This document shows, piece by piece, positions 29,052-38,780 of a stretch of 64,000 nucleotides of DNA. Every line of letters starts with the position of its first letter. Position 1 is the stretch's first letter. The notes beneath the pieces are model-generated. The model was not told where the DNA came from and did no database searches. It saw only the letters and a list, made by a program, of their open reading frames with translations. Source of the stretch: Longimicrobiales bacterium (GTDB lineage: Bacteria; Gemmatimonadota; Gemmatimonadetes; Longimicrobiales; Gaopeijiaceae); contig CBDFIQ010000001.1 in NCBI GenBank assembly GCA_965248195.1, forward strand, positions 1,280,001-1,344,000, written 5' to 3'. A program made the translations under genes and the position numbers.

Positions 29052-30620
29052 TCAGCCCAGAATCAGGTTCAGTATTACGAGGGCCGTCCCGATAAATCCG
29101 CCCAATAGGTAGCCGAGCCGAACGATAATGCGGAGCTCCTTGTGGGTGACCTTCCGCACCAGCTCTTCCATCCTCGCCGGCGGAAAGTCGAGGACCTTCT
29201 GCTCGACCCGGCCTGCGATGTCGATCTGCTCGATGACCACCGGAACCTGGGTTTGGAGCCACTCCCAGACCGGGTCGCTCATTGCCTCCTCCAGCCTTCT
29301 CGCGGAGCCCTCGGGGAGCCAGTTCGCAGGCGTTCCAATGGGTCGATCCGGCAGGCTCGACGAGAGGCGGGTGGCCACCTCGCGGCACAGCGTTAATGCC
29401 GCCTCGCTCCGCGCTCCACTGACGAGCCACTCGGCCACGCGATCAGACGGCATTCTCTCCAGCACTTCGCCCCAGGTCCGGGCGCCCACGCCAGCCAGCG
29501 CCACCTCCAACTTTTCCACGAGAAATCCCCACGAGGTCGGATCCTGGGCGATATCGACGATCCATGCAGTGACCGTCCGCCGCGCCTCCACGACGCTCTT
29601 GTCTTCCTCATCTCCCAGGACGGATGTAACGGGCCTGCGTAGAAAATCCACGATCGCGTCGTTGATCCCCTTCGCCATGGCGTCTTGCATGGTTGGGTCC
29701 TGGAGGATTTCGGCCAGTCGCTCCGCGCCCTCCTCTTCGATCGTGCCAAGTACCTTGTCGACCGCCGATTCGGTGATGATGAGCTTTGCGACCACCCGTT
29801 GATGGAACTTGAGGTCTCCGAGGAAGCGGTGCAGAAGCTCATGAATGAAGACCTTGAATCTGTTTCGCGCCTGTTCGTCCTCCAGAGTCGATCCCACCCG
29901 GCGAATCGCCATCGGCAGGTACGCCGCAATGCCCTTCTCCACCGCCCCCACGACCCCGGTGGGGAGCACTTCCTCGAATGTACGGGTCGGCTCGAGGAGC
30001 CTGTGGGTAGTGCGGATGAGATATTGGTCGATGGCCGTGCTGAAATCTTCGCTCCCGACCGCACCGGTGAGCCACTCCTCGACGGCCTCGGATATGGCGC
30101 TTTCACGGGCCGGCGTCAGGATCCCGGCTATCGGCTCATCAGCGATCGACTGAACGATCTCCTCGGCGCGTTCCGCAAGCGTCTCGGCGAAACGATCGGA
30201 GTCCAGGTACTCCCGCAGGCGAGCCAGCCCGAATTCCGCAACCTCCTGGAGGATCTCCTCGGTCTGGTCGTGCATTCGGGCCGGAATCAAGTCCCGTAGC
30301 GATCCGCGTTCAGTATTCAGAACGGCGTCCAGAAATCCCGAAAGGTGTTCGTCGAACGCCCGCCGGACGGACGCGTCGCTGAAGGTCTTCCCCAGATCCT
30401 CGGGCGTGAGCAGGCGTGTGCCCACCGTCCGTCCGATCGCCGCCGCCAGGCGCGCCTGATTCTTCGGAATCGCCCCCTGGAGCATCTTCAAGGGCCGCTT
30501 ACCGAGACGGGGGGACTCGTAGGGGTGAAAGAGCATCCAGATGGCGATGGAATTGGTGAGGCCGCCCGCCATCGCACCGAAAAAGACGGTAATCGCGGCG
30601 CGGATCAGCTCTTCGCGCAC
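29052..30620 (-). CDS. DUF445 family protein
   Basis: GGLTNSIAIWMLFHP, QGAIPKNQ; C-terminal ELRIIVRLGYLLGGFIG. Confidence 0.88.
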   Translation of the reverse strand: MREELIRAAITVFFGAMAGGLTNSIAIWMLFHPYESPRLGKRPLKMLQGAIPKNQARLAAAIGRTVGTRLLTPEDLGKTFSDASVRRAFDEHLSGFLDAVLNTERGSLRDLIPARMHDQTEEILQEVAEFGLARLREYLDSDRFAETLAERAEEIVQSIADEPIAGILTPARESAISEAVEEWLTGAVGSEDFSTAIDQYLIRTTHRLLEPTRTFEEVLPTGVVGAVEKGIAAYLPMAIRRVGSTLEDEQARNRFKVFIHELLHRFLGDLKFHQRVVAKLIITESAVDKVLGTIEEEGAERLAEILQDPTMQDAMAKGINDAIVDFLRRPVTSVLGDEEDKSVVEARRTVTAWIVDIAQDPTSWGFLVEKLEVALAGVGARTWGEVLERMPSDRVAEWLVSGARSEAALTLCREVATRLSSSLPDRPIGTPANWLPEGSARRLEEAMSDPVWEWLQTQVPVVIEQIDIAGRVEQKVLDFPPARMEELVRKVTHKELRIIVRLGYLLGGFIGTALVILNLILG

Positions 30621-30694
30621 GCCATCACCTCTTCGCGCACGCCGTCACCTCTTCGCGCAGGCCATCACTTCCCCGGGAAACGGAGGCCCTTTCG

Positions 30695-31636
30695 TCAACG
30701 CTGAACGTGGCGCACGAGCCCCCGTACCTCGAGTGAGTCTCCGGCCAGGACCGCCCAACCGGTGACTTGGTAAAGCCCGTTGACCGGAAGGATCGGCCCG
30801 GCTCCCTCCTCCGCCCGGAGCTCCATGCCGGCACTGGCGAGCGTGAGCTGCACGCCGCCATCGATCGATCCGGTCGATCGGATATCCCACTCGACCGGCA
30901 CATCCCTGCGCGCCTCCTCGAACGACCTCACCGCGCTCCACTCCACCTGAACCTCCGGCCATCGAAAAGCCTCTTCTCCGATTCTGCCCCACGCGGTGTA
31001 GGCGGGTGAGCCTCCGGGAGACTCGACCACAATGACCAGGCGGCGTGGCCCGGTAAGGAACATCCACTCACCGGGCTCGGGACTCTCTCTCAGGCGCGCC
31101 CGATTCATGTCCAGCACGATGCCTTCGACCCGCTGGTCTCCGAAGAGGGCCGCGCCCTGATGTACACGGAAGGTTTCTCCGCGATTTCCATTCCAATCCG
31201 ACATCCACTCATCGATCACGACCTCGAGTTGCCTCTGTCCCTCCTCAAACAGGATCCGCTCCAAGTTTCCGCCCGCACCGATGACCAGATCCATGGGGCC
31301 TCGTGGTAGAATTCGGAACGGCGTTCGGCTCGGCTCGGAAATCCACTGATCGTGGAAGAAAGGTTCCCAGAGTCCCGCCCGGGCGAGCCAGCCCTCCGTC
31401 AACCGTTCCACACCAACCGCGGAGGAGGAAGTCCGGAAAAACCATGGCACCACGATGGCGCTGTCGGCGTCCACCGTCAGGAACACCACGTTCCGTTCGT
31501 AAAGGCCGTCCTCGAAGTTTCGCTCCGCGCTCTCGCTCGGCCGTAGGCCCGGCTCGGTGACCGGTGGCGCGGGGGCGTCGCCACCGCAGGCGTACAGGAG
31601 GACACAGAGCGCGAGGGAGGCAACCCCTTCCCGCAT
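30695..31636 (-). CDS. Hypothetical lipoprotein
   Basis: ATG 31636 overlaps the upstream stop; lipobox LYAC. Confidence 0.7.
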   Translation of the reverse strand: MREGVASLALCVLLYACGGDAPAPPVTEPGLRPSESAERNFEDGLYERNVVFLTVDADSAIVVPWFFRTSSSAVGVERLTEGWLARAGLWEPFFHDQWISEPSRTPFRILPRGPMDLVIGAGGNLERILFEEGQRQLEVVIDEWMSDWNGNRGETFRVHQGAALFGDQRVEGIVLDMNRARLRESPEPGEWMFLTGPRRLVIVVESPGGSPAYTAWGRIGEEAFRWPEVQVEWSAVRSFEEARRDVPVEWDIRSTGSIDGGVQLTLASAGMELRAEEGAGPILPVNGLYQVTGWAVLAGDSLEVRGLVRHVQR

Positions 31637-32070
31637 CAGGCCTGCCGGGTCAAGCGTGCGGTTTCGCGCGGATCGAGGATCTTTCCGGGCCCGGCGCCGA
31701 GCAACCGATCGAGCTTCTTGAAGAAGCGCCCGACGCGGCGGACGTTCATGCCCAGATCCATGCGACCCCTCAGGGAACCGGCTCGAATATCGACCCGCGT
31801 CAACGCGTGCTCGTCCAGCTTGATTCGAATTTCGAGATCGTCTTCGAAACGGAAGACCACCGTGGTGCACCGGACCCGAATGAAGCCCGTGAGATCATCC
31901 GCCTGGAGCAATCTCCAGTTGCCGCGCTCCTCGACGAATTTCATACAGGTGCGCCAGACCTGCTCAAACGGGATGGCATAGGTCCGCCCGCTCAGCCGCG
32001 GGTCGTCGGACCATGGGTCGGTCTCAGCTCGATAGTTGTACAGCGCTTTGTTCCGGCGTCCTGCGAACAA
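31636..32070 (-). CDS. DUF1499-like protein
   Basis: FRFEDDLEIRI..TRVDIRAGSLRGRMDLGMNVRRV; TTG start behind GGAGGG. The longer track ORF is a shadow extension. Confidence 0.75.
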   Translation of the reverse strand: MFAGRRNKALYNYRAETDPWSDDPRLSGRTYAIPFEQVWRTCMKFVEERGNWRLLQADDLTGFIRVRCTTVVFRFEDDLEIRIKLDEHALTRVDIRAGSLRGRMDLGMNVRRVGRFFKKLDRLLGAGPGKILDPRETARLTRQA

Positions 32071-32184
32071 ACGGCTACCCTCCGAGACGATAACGAAAGG
32101 GGGTCGCTCTCTTGACCCGGACTCTCTGCCAGTGTTCCATAGTGTCTCGACGGTCCTCGCTGGTTGAACCCATGGCCCATATTC

Positions 32185-33186
32185 ATGAAAGCGATTATTC
32201 CACTGGCTGGAAAGGGTACTCGTCTTCGCCCGCACACGTACACCACACCTAAGCCGCTGATTCGCGTCGCGGGACGGCCGGTCATGAGCTACATCCTCGA
32301 TGACCTCGCCGAGCTCGGAGTGGACGAGATCGTCTTCGTGGTCGGTTACATGCGAGAGACGATCGAGAGCTATGTCGCCGAGGCGTATCCGAACATCACG
32401 GCTCACTACGTTTTCCAGGACGTTCAGGATGGGACGGCCGGCGCCGTGAAGTTGGCGGAGCCGTTCGTGGATGAAGACGTGCTGATCATCTTCGTGGATA
32501 CGCTCTTCGATGCGGATCTTGCGCTGGTTCGCAGCGTCGCCAAGACCGCGGGGGGCGTCATCTGGGCAAAGGAGGTGGAGGATTACCAGCGGTACGGGGT
32601 GATCCTCACCGACGAGGAGGGCCACATGGTCCGAATCGTCGAGAAGCCTTCGGAGCCGATCTCCAAGCTCGCCAACATCGGGCTCCAATACATCAAGGAC
32701 TGGCGGCTCCTCTTTGCGGGAGTCCGGGACACGCTGGACGCCGGCCCCGGACCGTCCGGCGAGTTCTATCTGACCGATGCTTTCCAGTACATGGTTGACC
32801 ATGGCTCGAAGATCCAGGTGGCGCCCGTCGCGGGCTGGTACGACTGCGGGGAGCCAGGGACGCTGATCGAGACGAATCGGCATTTGCTGCTCGCAGGGCG
32901 AAGCGGAGTCGCGGATTCTGCTACCCTGGAGGGTTCAACCTTGAACGATCCCGTTCGCGTGGAGGAGGGCGCCGTGGTGCGTAACTCGGTCCTCGGACCC
33001 AACGTGACGGTTGAAGCGGGAGCCCGGGTCGAGGATTCGACCGTGGCCGACACAATTTTGGGCGCGGGCTGCACGGTCGTCGGCTCCACACTCCACGACT
33101 CTCTCGTGGGTTCGGAGTCGAGGGTCACGGCGTACCGCGGACGCCTCAGCGTCGGCGATCATTCGGGCGTGGAGGGGAGAGACTAG
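32185..33186 (+). CDS. Sugar-phosphate nucleotidyltransferase (long-form G1P thymidylyltransferase-like)
   Basis: MKAIIPLAGKGTRLRPHT..PKPL, EKP, GEFYLTDA; C-terminal hexapeptide repeats. Confidence 0.92.
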   Translation: MKAIIPLAGKGTRLRPHTYTTPKPLIRVAGRPVMSYILDDLAELGVDEIVFVVGYMRETIESYVAEAYPNITAHYVFQDVQDGTAGAVKLAEPFVDEDVLIIFVDTLFDADLALVRSVAKTAGGVIWAKEVEDYQRYGVILTDEEGHMVRIVEKPSEPISKLANIGLQYIKDWRLLFAGVRDTLDAGPGPSGEFYLTDAFQYMVDHGSKIQVAPVAGWYDCGEPGTLIETNRHLLLAGRSGVADSATLEGSTLNDPVRVEEGAVVRNSVLGPNVTVEAGARVEDSTVADTILGAGCTVVGSTLHDSLVGSESRVTAYRGRLSVGDHSGVEGRD

Positions 33187-33207
33187 CTTGGGAGCGCTGG
33201 GCCGTCG

Positions 33208-34419
33208 TCAGCCGAGTCCCGACACCAGCAGCACGGTGTAGAGCGCCCGCTGGATTCCCGCCGGACCGTCTTCGTTGCGATACCACTCGCTGGTTGTATG
33301 GACCTCTCCCGCCGAACCGCCGGCTCCGAGGGTGATCGCCGGGATCCCCAACGACATCGGCAGGTTGGCGTCGGTCGAGGCAGCCGTGACCTGAGGCTCG
33401 ACGCCCGCCGCTCGCGTGGCCGCGAGTGCGGCTTCCACGAGCGGGGAATCCAGATCTGTGGAGCCGGTCGGCCGGTGCCCCACCACGGTCACCTCGAGGT
33501 GGAGACGGCCATCCTTCCCGGTCACGCCGGAGTTCTCCTCGGCTACGGACCGATCCAGCACCGCCCGAAGACGCTCCTCCCCATCGTCGAGATGCCCGCT
33601 CGATTCACTCCGAAGGTCCAGATCGGCCCAGGCCTCGGCCGGGATCGCGTTGACGCTCGTCCCTCCTCCCCACCGTGCGACCGTGAGACTCAGCGCCGGA
33701 TCGGTAGGCTTCGGCCACGCCGCCAAGGCGCCCACCGCCCGCCCGAGCGCGTGGATGGGATTGGGTGCGCCCCAGTCGATCCACGAGTGTCCCCCCCGGC
33801 CCCGGAGGCCCACCCGAAAGCGCCGTGCTCCGAGGCCTCTCGTCACCACGTAGTTGAGTCCCGCTCCGTCCAGAGAGATGAAGCCGGCCGCCTCCGACGC
33901 CACCCCTCCAGCGCGGAACAGGTGACGCACGCCACGGAGGTCCCCACTCCCCTCCTCCCCTACGGTGGCGGCGAACAGGATCGGACGGCGCGTCGTGATG
34001 CCCGCCTTCGACAGGGCCCGAACGACCGAAACGAGGGCGGCGAGGCCCCGCGAATTGTCCGAGATCCCGGGAGCCCGCAGGATGTCGCCGTCGACGCGTA
34101 CCGTCACGTCGGTGCCAGCCGGGAAGACGGTGTCCAGGTGCGCCGACAGCACCAGCGGCTCTCGATCTTCAGCGCCGGGGCGGAGCGCGAGCACGTTACC
34201 GACCGAGTCCTGCTGAACGTCGGCCAGGCCCGCCTCATCGAGGAGTTCCGCCAAACGGCACCCCCGGGCCTCTTCGCCGAACGGCGGGGCCGGGATCTCC
34301 GTGAGACCGATCTGGTGGGCGAGCGTCTGGTCGTCGGTGGTGACGATCTGCTCGTTCGCCGCTCGTACGTCCGCTCGCTCCAGTAGCTTGCTCACGGAAG
34401 GCATCGTGTCGGGCAACAT
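33208..34419 (-). CDS. M20/M25/M40 family metallopeptidase
   Basis: AHLDTV, GISDN, VGEEG, GGHSW, STDAN, HT..EW. Confidence 0.9.
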   Translation of the reverse strand: MLPDTMPSVSKLLERADVRAANEQIVTTDDQTLAHQIGLTEIPAPPFGEEARGCRLAELLDEAGLADVQQDSVGNVLALRPGAEDREPLVLSAHLDTVFPAGTDVTVRVDGDILRAPGISDNSRGLAALVSVVRALSKAGITTRRPILFAATVGEEGSGDLRGVRHLFRAGGVASEAAGFISLDGAGLNYVVTRGLGARRFRVGLRGRGGHSWIDWGAPNPIHALGRAVGALAAWPKPTDPALSLTVARWGGGTSVNAIPAEAWADLDLRSESSGHLDDGEERLRAVLDRSVAEENSGVTGKDGRLHLEVTVVGHRPTGSTDLDSPLVEAALAATRAAGVEPQVTAASTDANLPMSLGIPAITLGAGGSAGEVHTTSEWYRNEDGPAGIQRALYTVLLVSGLG

Positions 34420-34520
34420 CAGGCAAAGCTCGGGACGTGGTCCGGCTCCGTCAAATCCCGGGGGGCGGTCGGTGCCGTGACGCAGCGTCTCCTGTATCTT
34501 GAACTCCCCTGTCTGCGGAG

Positions 34521-35225
34521 GTGGCGATGAAGTGCTGGGTCGGTACGAGCGGCTTTTCGTACAAGGAGTGGAAGGGGTCCTTTTATCCGGAGGATCTCTC
34601 CAACGACCGGATGCTCGCCTATTACGGAGACCGCCTGAACGCGGTCGAGATCAACAACACCTTTTATCGAATGCCCAAACGGGCGACGCTCGCTGATTGG
34701 GGGGGCAAGGTTCCGGACGAGTTTTCCTTCGTGCTCAAGGCATCCCGCAAGATCACACATTTCAAGAGGCTCAAGGACACCCAGGACGAGCTGGGCTATC
34801 TCGTGGATGTCTCCAGTGAGCTCGGTGCGCGCCTGGGCCCCATGCTCTTCCAGCTTCCGCCCAACTTGAAGATCGACGTAGAACGCCTGCGGGACTTCGT
34901 CTCACTCTTTCCGGCGGGGCTCCGGGCCGCGTTCGAGTTCCGCCACGACTCCTGGTTCGCCGACGAGACCTACACCGTACTCAGCGACGCTGGGGCTGCG
35001 CTCGTCGTTGCGGACACGGAGGCGGACGAGCCGGCAGAGGTGGTGGCAACGGCGCCATACGGATACCTCCGCCTCCGTAGAGCCGACTACGACCCAGACG
35101 ACGTGGCGCGCTGGGCGCGCATCGTTTCAGATCAGGAGTGGAAGGATGCCTTCGTCTTCTTCAAACATGAGAACGCAGGCGCCGGTCCAGCGCTCGCGGA
35201 GCGGTTCGTGGCCGAGCTCGGTTGA
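34521..35225 (+). CDS. DUF72 family protein
   Basis: GTSGFSYKEW, VEINNTFYRMP, LFQLPP, EFRHDSW, YLRLR. Confidence 0.92.
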   Translation: MAMKCWVGTSGFSYKEWKGSFYPEDLSNDRMLAYYGDRLNAVEINNTFYRMPKRATLADWGGKVPDEFSFVLKASRKITHFKRLKDTQDELGYLVDVSSELGARLGPMLFQLPPNLKIDVERLRDFVSLFPAGLRAAFEFRHDSWFADETYTVLSDAGAALVVADTEADEPAEVVATAPYGYLRLRRADYDPDDVARWARIVSDQEWKDAFVFFKHENAGAGPALAERFVAELG

Positions 35226-35248
35226 CGACGGGTGGTGCCTAGGCCCCG

Positions 35249-36040
35249 CTAAAGCAACGCCTGGATGAAGCCCCCGTCCACCGGGATCGACGTTCCGGTG
35301 ATAAAGCTGGCCCGTTCGGAGGCGAGAAACGCGACGAGCGCCGCGAACTCGGTGGGGTCGCCGATGCGTCCCATCGGGCTTTGGCCCTCCCAGCGCTCGA
35401 AGGCCTCTTCCACCGTGATCCCCTGGGTTTCCGAGATGTTCGCAGCCAGCCCGTCCAGCCGCTTGGTCCTCGTGAAGCCCGGCATCACGTTGTTCACGGT
35501 AATGCCGGCGGAGGCGACCTCATTGGCGAGTGTCTTTGCGAACCCCGTCACGGCCGCGCGGACGGCGTTCGACAGGATGAGGCCGTCGATCGGCTGCTTC
35601 ACGGCCACCGAGGTGATGTTGATGATCCGGCCCCACCCGGCCTTCTTCATCGCCGGGAGCACCGCCCGGGTCAGATTCAAGACGCTGTTGAGATTCTGTT
35701 CGACGGCCCCACTCCATGCTTCGACGGAGTGGCTTTCGAAGGGGCCAGGCGGTGGTCCGCCGGTATTCGTGACCAGGATATCCACCTTCCCGAAATCGGA
35801 TTCGGCCGTTTCCATGAGACGGTCCACGTCTGCCGGGTCGGTCAGATCCGTCGGGACCGCAACCACATCGGCGCCCGTCTCATCGTAGATCTCCCGACCC
35901 GCCTCTTCCAGGGGAGCCACCGTCCGGGCACAAATCACGAGGTTTGCACCCTCCTTGGCCAGTTCGTCGGCGACGGCCCGGCCGAGACCGCGGCTGGAAG
36001 CGGCAACCAACGCTGTTTTCCCTTTGAGACCCAAATCCAT
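35249..36040 (-). CDS. SDR oxidoreductase (3-oxoacyl-ACP reductase-like, atypical active site)
   Basis: MDLGLKGKTALVAASSRGLG, NTGGPPPG, LSNAVRAA, VDGG. Confidence 0.9.
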   Translation of the reverse strand: MDLGLKGKTALVAASSRGLGRAVADELAKEGANLVICARTVAPLEEAGREIYDETGADVVAVPTDLTDPADVDRLMETAESDFGKVDILVTNTGGPPPGPFESHSVEAWSGAVEQNLNSVLNLTRAVLPAMKKAGWGRIINITSVAVKQPIDGLILSNAVRAAVTGFAKTLANEVASAGITVNNVMPGFTRTKRLDGLAANISETQGITVEEAFERWEGQSPMGRIGDPTEFAALVAFLASERASFITGTSIPVDGGFIQALL

Positions 36041-36097
36041 TCGTCTAGCTCCGTTTAGCCCCGCCAATAGTCGGTCTTAGCTACGCAGATAGTCGTC

Positions 36098-36469
36098 TTA
36101 GCCCCGCAGATAATCGTCATCGCCAGTCAGCCAGTCTTGTCTGGGAGGCACGAATACGTCCAGGTCCAGCGTGTCTTCGAGTGCCTCCGCACTGTGGGGC
36201 ACGTTGGAGGGAATATGTAGCACCTCTCCGGCACGCACGACCACCTCTTCCGACTGATCGTCTCCGATCCGAAAGAGCAGGGCCCCCTCGAGGACATAGG
36301 CGAACTGCTCGTTCTCGTGGTGGTGGACGGGGACCACGATTCCCTTGTCGAGGTAGATCTGGGCGAGCATCCCCTTCTCTCCGTTCACCCAGTGCCGGCG
36401 TAAGCCGGGTTTCATCTCCTCCATGGGCAGGCTCTCCCATGAAACGTGTCGGACGGGGGAATCACTCAT
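36098..36469 (-). CDS. Cupin domain protein
   Basis: VPVHHHENEQ, IPSNVPHSA, DVFVPPRQDW. Confidence 0.9.
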   Translation of the reverse strand: MSDSPVRHVSWESLPMEEMKPGLRRHWVNGEKGMLAQIYLDKGIVVPVHHHENEQFAYVLEGALLFRIGDDQSEEVVVRAGEVLHIPSNVPHSAEALEDTLDLDVFVPPRQDWLTGDDDYLRG

Positions 36470-36668
36470 GCGCGGATCCGGTCGGGGTTATGGACTGATC
36501 AGGGTGATGCGTCGAGAGCTAATAGAACCGCCTCCGTTTGGTGGGGGCAAGATGGTGTGCGCCGTCCGGAGACCGAGATTTGACGGGGACGGCAAGGATT
36601 CCCTAGCCCGTCGTGGCCGGTTGTGCGATCCTTGATTTTTACGGGTTGGTGGAATCGAGGAGAAGAGC

Positions 36669-37082
36669 GTGGCCGACAAATCCGACACCTCCGAAGCCCG
36701 CTGGCGAGAGATTCTCACGCCGGAGCAGTTCGAAGTATTGCGGCAAAAGGGTACCGAGCGGGCTTTCACCGGCGCGTACTGCGACGTGAAGGACCCGGGG
36801 ACCTATCGATGCGCAGGGTGTGGCGAGGCCTTGTTCAGCTCGGAGTCCAAGTTCGAATCGGGAAGTGGCTGGCCGAGCTTTTACAAGGCGATCGAGGGCG
36901 GACGGGTCCGTACGGAGGAGGACCACACCCTGGGTATGAAGCGGATGGAGGTCTTGTGTGCTAGCTGCGGCGGCCATCTGGGTCACGTTTTTCCCGATGG
37001 CCCGGCGCCCACGGGGCTCCGGTACTGCGTCAACTCTGTGGCGCTGTCGCTGGAACCGGATGAAGCTCCCGATGGGGAATGA
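36669..37082 (+). CDS. msrB: Peptide-methionine (R)-S-oxide reductase
   Basis: [43 protein letters not shown]. Confidence 0.97.
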   Translation: MADKSDTSEARWREILTPEQFEVLRQKGTERAFTGAYCDVKDPGTYRCAGCGEALFSSESKFESGSGWPSFYKAIEGGRVRTEEDHTLGMKRMEVLCASCGGHLGHVFPDGPAPTGLRYCVNSVALSLEPDEAPDGE

Positions 37083-37701
37083 CCCCATTGCCGGCCCGCG
37101 GGCGTGGACCGTGAACACGGTAGGCGCGCTACTTGCAGTAGTCATGGCGCTCGGGTGCGGTGGAACCGCCGAAGCCCCGCCTGCGGGTAGCTTCGAGGGC
37201 TTCATCCCGGACCTGCGCGGCGAGCGGGTAATGGTGTTCCCGGTGCAGATCCCTGCCGGTGTGCCCGGAGACGCGAGCCCCGAGATCGAATTTGCCCTTC
37301 GAACCAGGACCGCGGAGGTCGATTGGATTTTTTCGGATGAGCTCGAGGCGGTGCTGGCGCGCTCTCCAGCGGTCGACAGTGCGGTGAGCGGACTGCCGGT
37401 AAGCTTCTTTCTCAGGGCACAGGTACGGCGGATCGGTGATCCTCTGTTCGGTCAGCTTCTTCGATTGGGCGCGCTTGCCAATTCGGACATCGCCTTGATT
37501 CCGGTGACGGTCGGCCGTGGAGCGGAGGGTGCCGGTGGAACATCGGTCGTGGAGATCGTCGCGACCATTTTGAACGTGCGGACCGGACAAGTGATCTGGT
37601 TCGGGGTCGTGGCGGGCGCGCCGGGCTCGGTGGCCGACTTCGGATCGGTCGCTTCGGCGGTGGAGGCGTTGGCTGAAACGTTGTTGTGGTACGTGCAGTA
37701 A
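37072..37701 (+). CDS. Hypothetical lipoprotein
   Basis: Lipobox ALGC; overlaps the msrB end; start uncertain. Confidence 0.7.
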   Translation: MGNDPIAGPRAWTVNTVGALLAVVMALGCGGTAEAPPAGSFEGFIPDLRGERVMVFPVQIPAGVPGDASPEIEFALRTRTAEVDWIFSDELEAVLARSPAVDSAVSGLPVSFFLRAQVRRIGDPLFGQLLRLGALANSDIALIPVTVGRGAEGAGGTSVVEIVATILNVRTGQVIWFGVVAGAPGSVADFGSVASAVEALAETLLWYVQ

Positions 37702-37790
37702 TAGTCGTGGAAGGTGCAGTAATAAAGTGCAGTGATAGTTGTTGTAGGTGCAGTAAATTTAGTGACATAAATGGCAACAAGTGATGGGAT

Positions 37791-38306
37791 ATGTCGATGA
37801 AGCGCAGGCCGATCATGAATGTGCTGGCCATTAGCCTCATCCTTGCGCCTTTAGCGTGCGAGGAGGAGGTCAACCTTGCCTTGCCCTCTGAGAGTGAGGC
37901 GGGGGCCCACTACGCGAATTCTTCGGACCTATCCGTCCGCCTGAGCGGCAACGTCGTAGAGCTCACGGTCGACCAGCCCCTCCGGCAGGTGCGCAGGGGT
38001 GGCTCTCTTTGGGCCAAGGTCGGACCCTACATCTACCTCTTCACAGACGAGACGGAGGGCCTGCTACGCGAGTATCCGGGTGTGTCCGGTGTGCGGGTCA
38101 TTACGCGCACGGGCGGCAGCAACGCGGAAGTGGCCCGCGCCTTTCTCCACAGGGACTCGTTGAACGAGCTCACCTGGAGACGGGCGAGGAACATCGCCGG
38201 GATGGCACGGACGGAGGGGACCCGGCGTCCGGCGCTGTTGGAGGAGCTCGTCGAGTGGGGTCAGGCTCACACAGAGTTCGGGTACAGCCAGGATTTCGTC
38301 GATTAG
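37791..38306 (+). CDS. Hypothetical lipoprotein
   Basis: Basic N-terminus, hydrophobic stretch, PLAC. Confidence 0.7.
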   Translation: MSMKRRPIMNVLAISLILAPLACEEEVNLALPSESEAGAHYANSSDLSVRLSGNVVELTVDQPLRQVRRGGSLWAKVGPYIYLFTDETEGLLREYPGVSGVRVITRTGGSNAEVARAFLHRDSLNELTWRRARNIAGMARTEGTRRPALLEELVEWGQAHTEFGYSQDFVD

Positions 38307-38327
38307 TTTCGTGAGGGGGGCGTTGGC

Positions 38328-38678
38328 GTGATTGGGAAAGACCTCGACTCACTCGAGGCGACGTGCCTGCTTTGCCTCCAGACCAAGCCCCGGCAGGACC
38401 TCGACCGGCTGCTCTGGTGCGACGCGTGTATAGCGGATGCAAAAGCCCGGGCCCTCTCCCGGAGCTGGTACGTCGGCCTCGCGGTCGCGGTGGTGCTGGC
38501 GCTGTGGATTTGGCTGTACATCCAACCCTCGAACCTGGTGATCGGTGGATGGATCGGAACGGTCGTCGGCGCCTTCTACGTGAGCGCACGGGTCGTGCGC
38601 GAGGTGCTCTATGCCGTTGCGCGCATCCGCGGGGAGGCCGCCGACCTAGAGGCCACGCCAAAAGAGCCCGCCGAGTAA
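38328..38678 (+). CDS. Hypothetical membrane protein with CxxC...CxxC
   Basis: CLLC and CDAC followed by two TM helices. Confidence 0.7.
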   Translation: MIGKDLDSLEATCLLCLQTKPRQDLDRLLWCDACIADAKARALSRSWYVGLAVAVVLALWIWLYIQPSNLVIGGWIGTVVGAFYVSARVVREVLYAVARIRGEAADLEATPKEPAE

Positions 38679-38780
38679 CTTCTCACCCATCCCGCTCGTA
38701 TGTCGATGTACTTACTTTCTTGATCGATATGCGGGCTCTGATCCATATCCGGGCTCTTGAATCCACAGTGAGGCACACGC

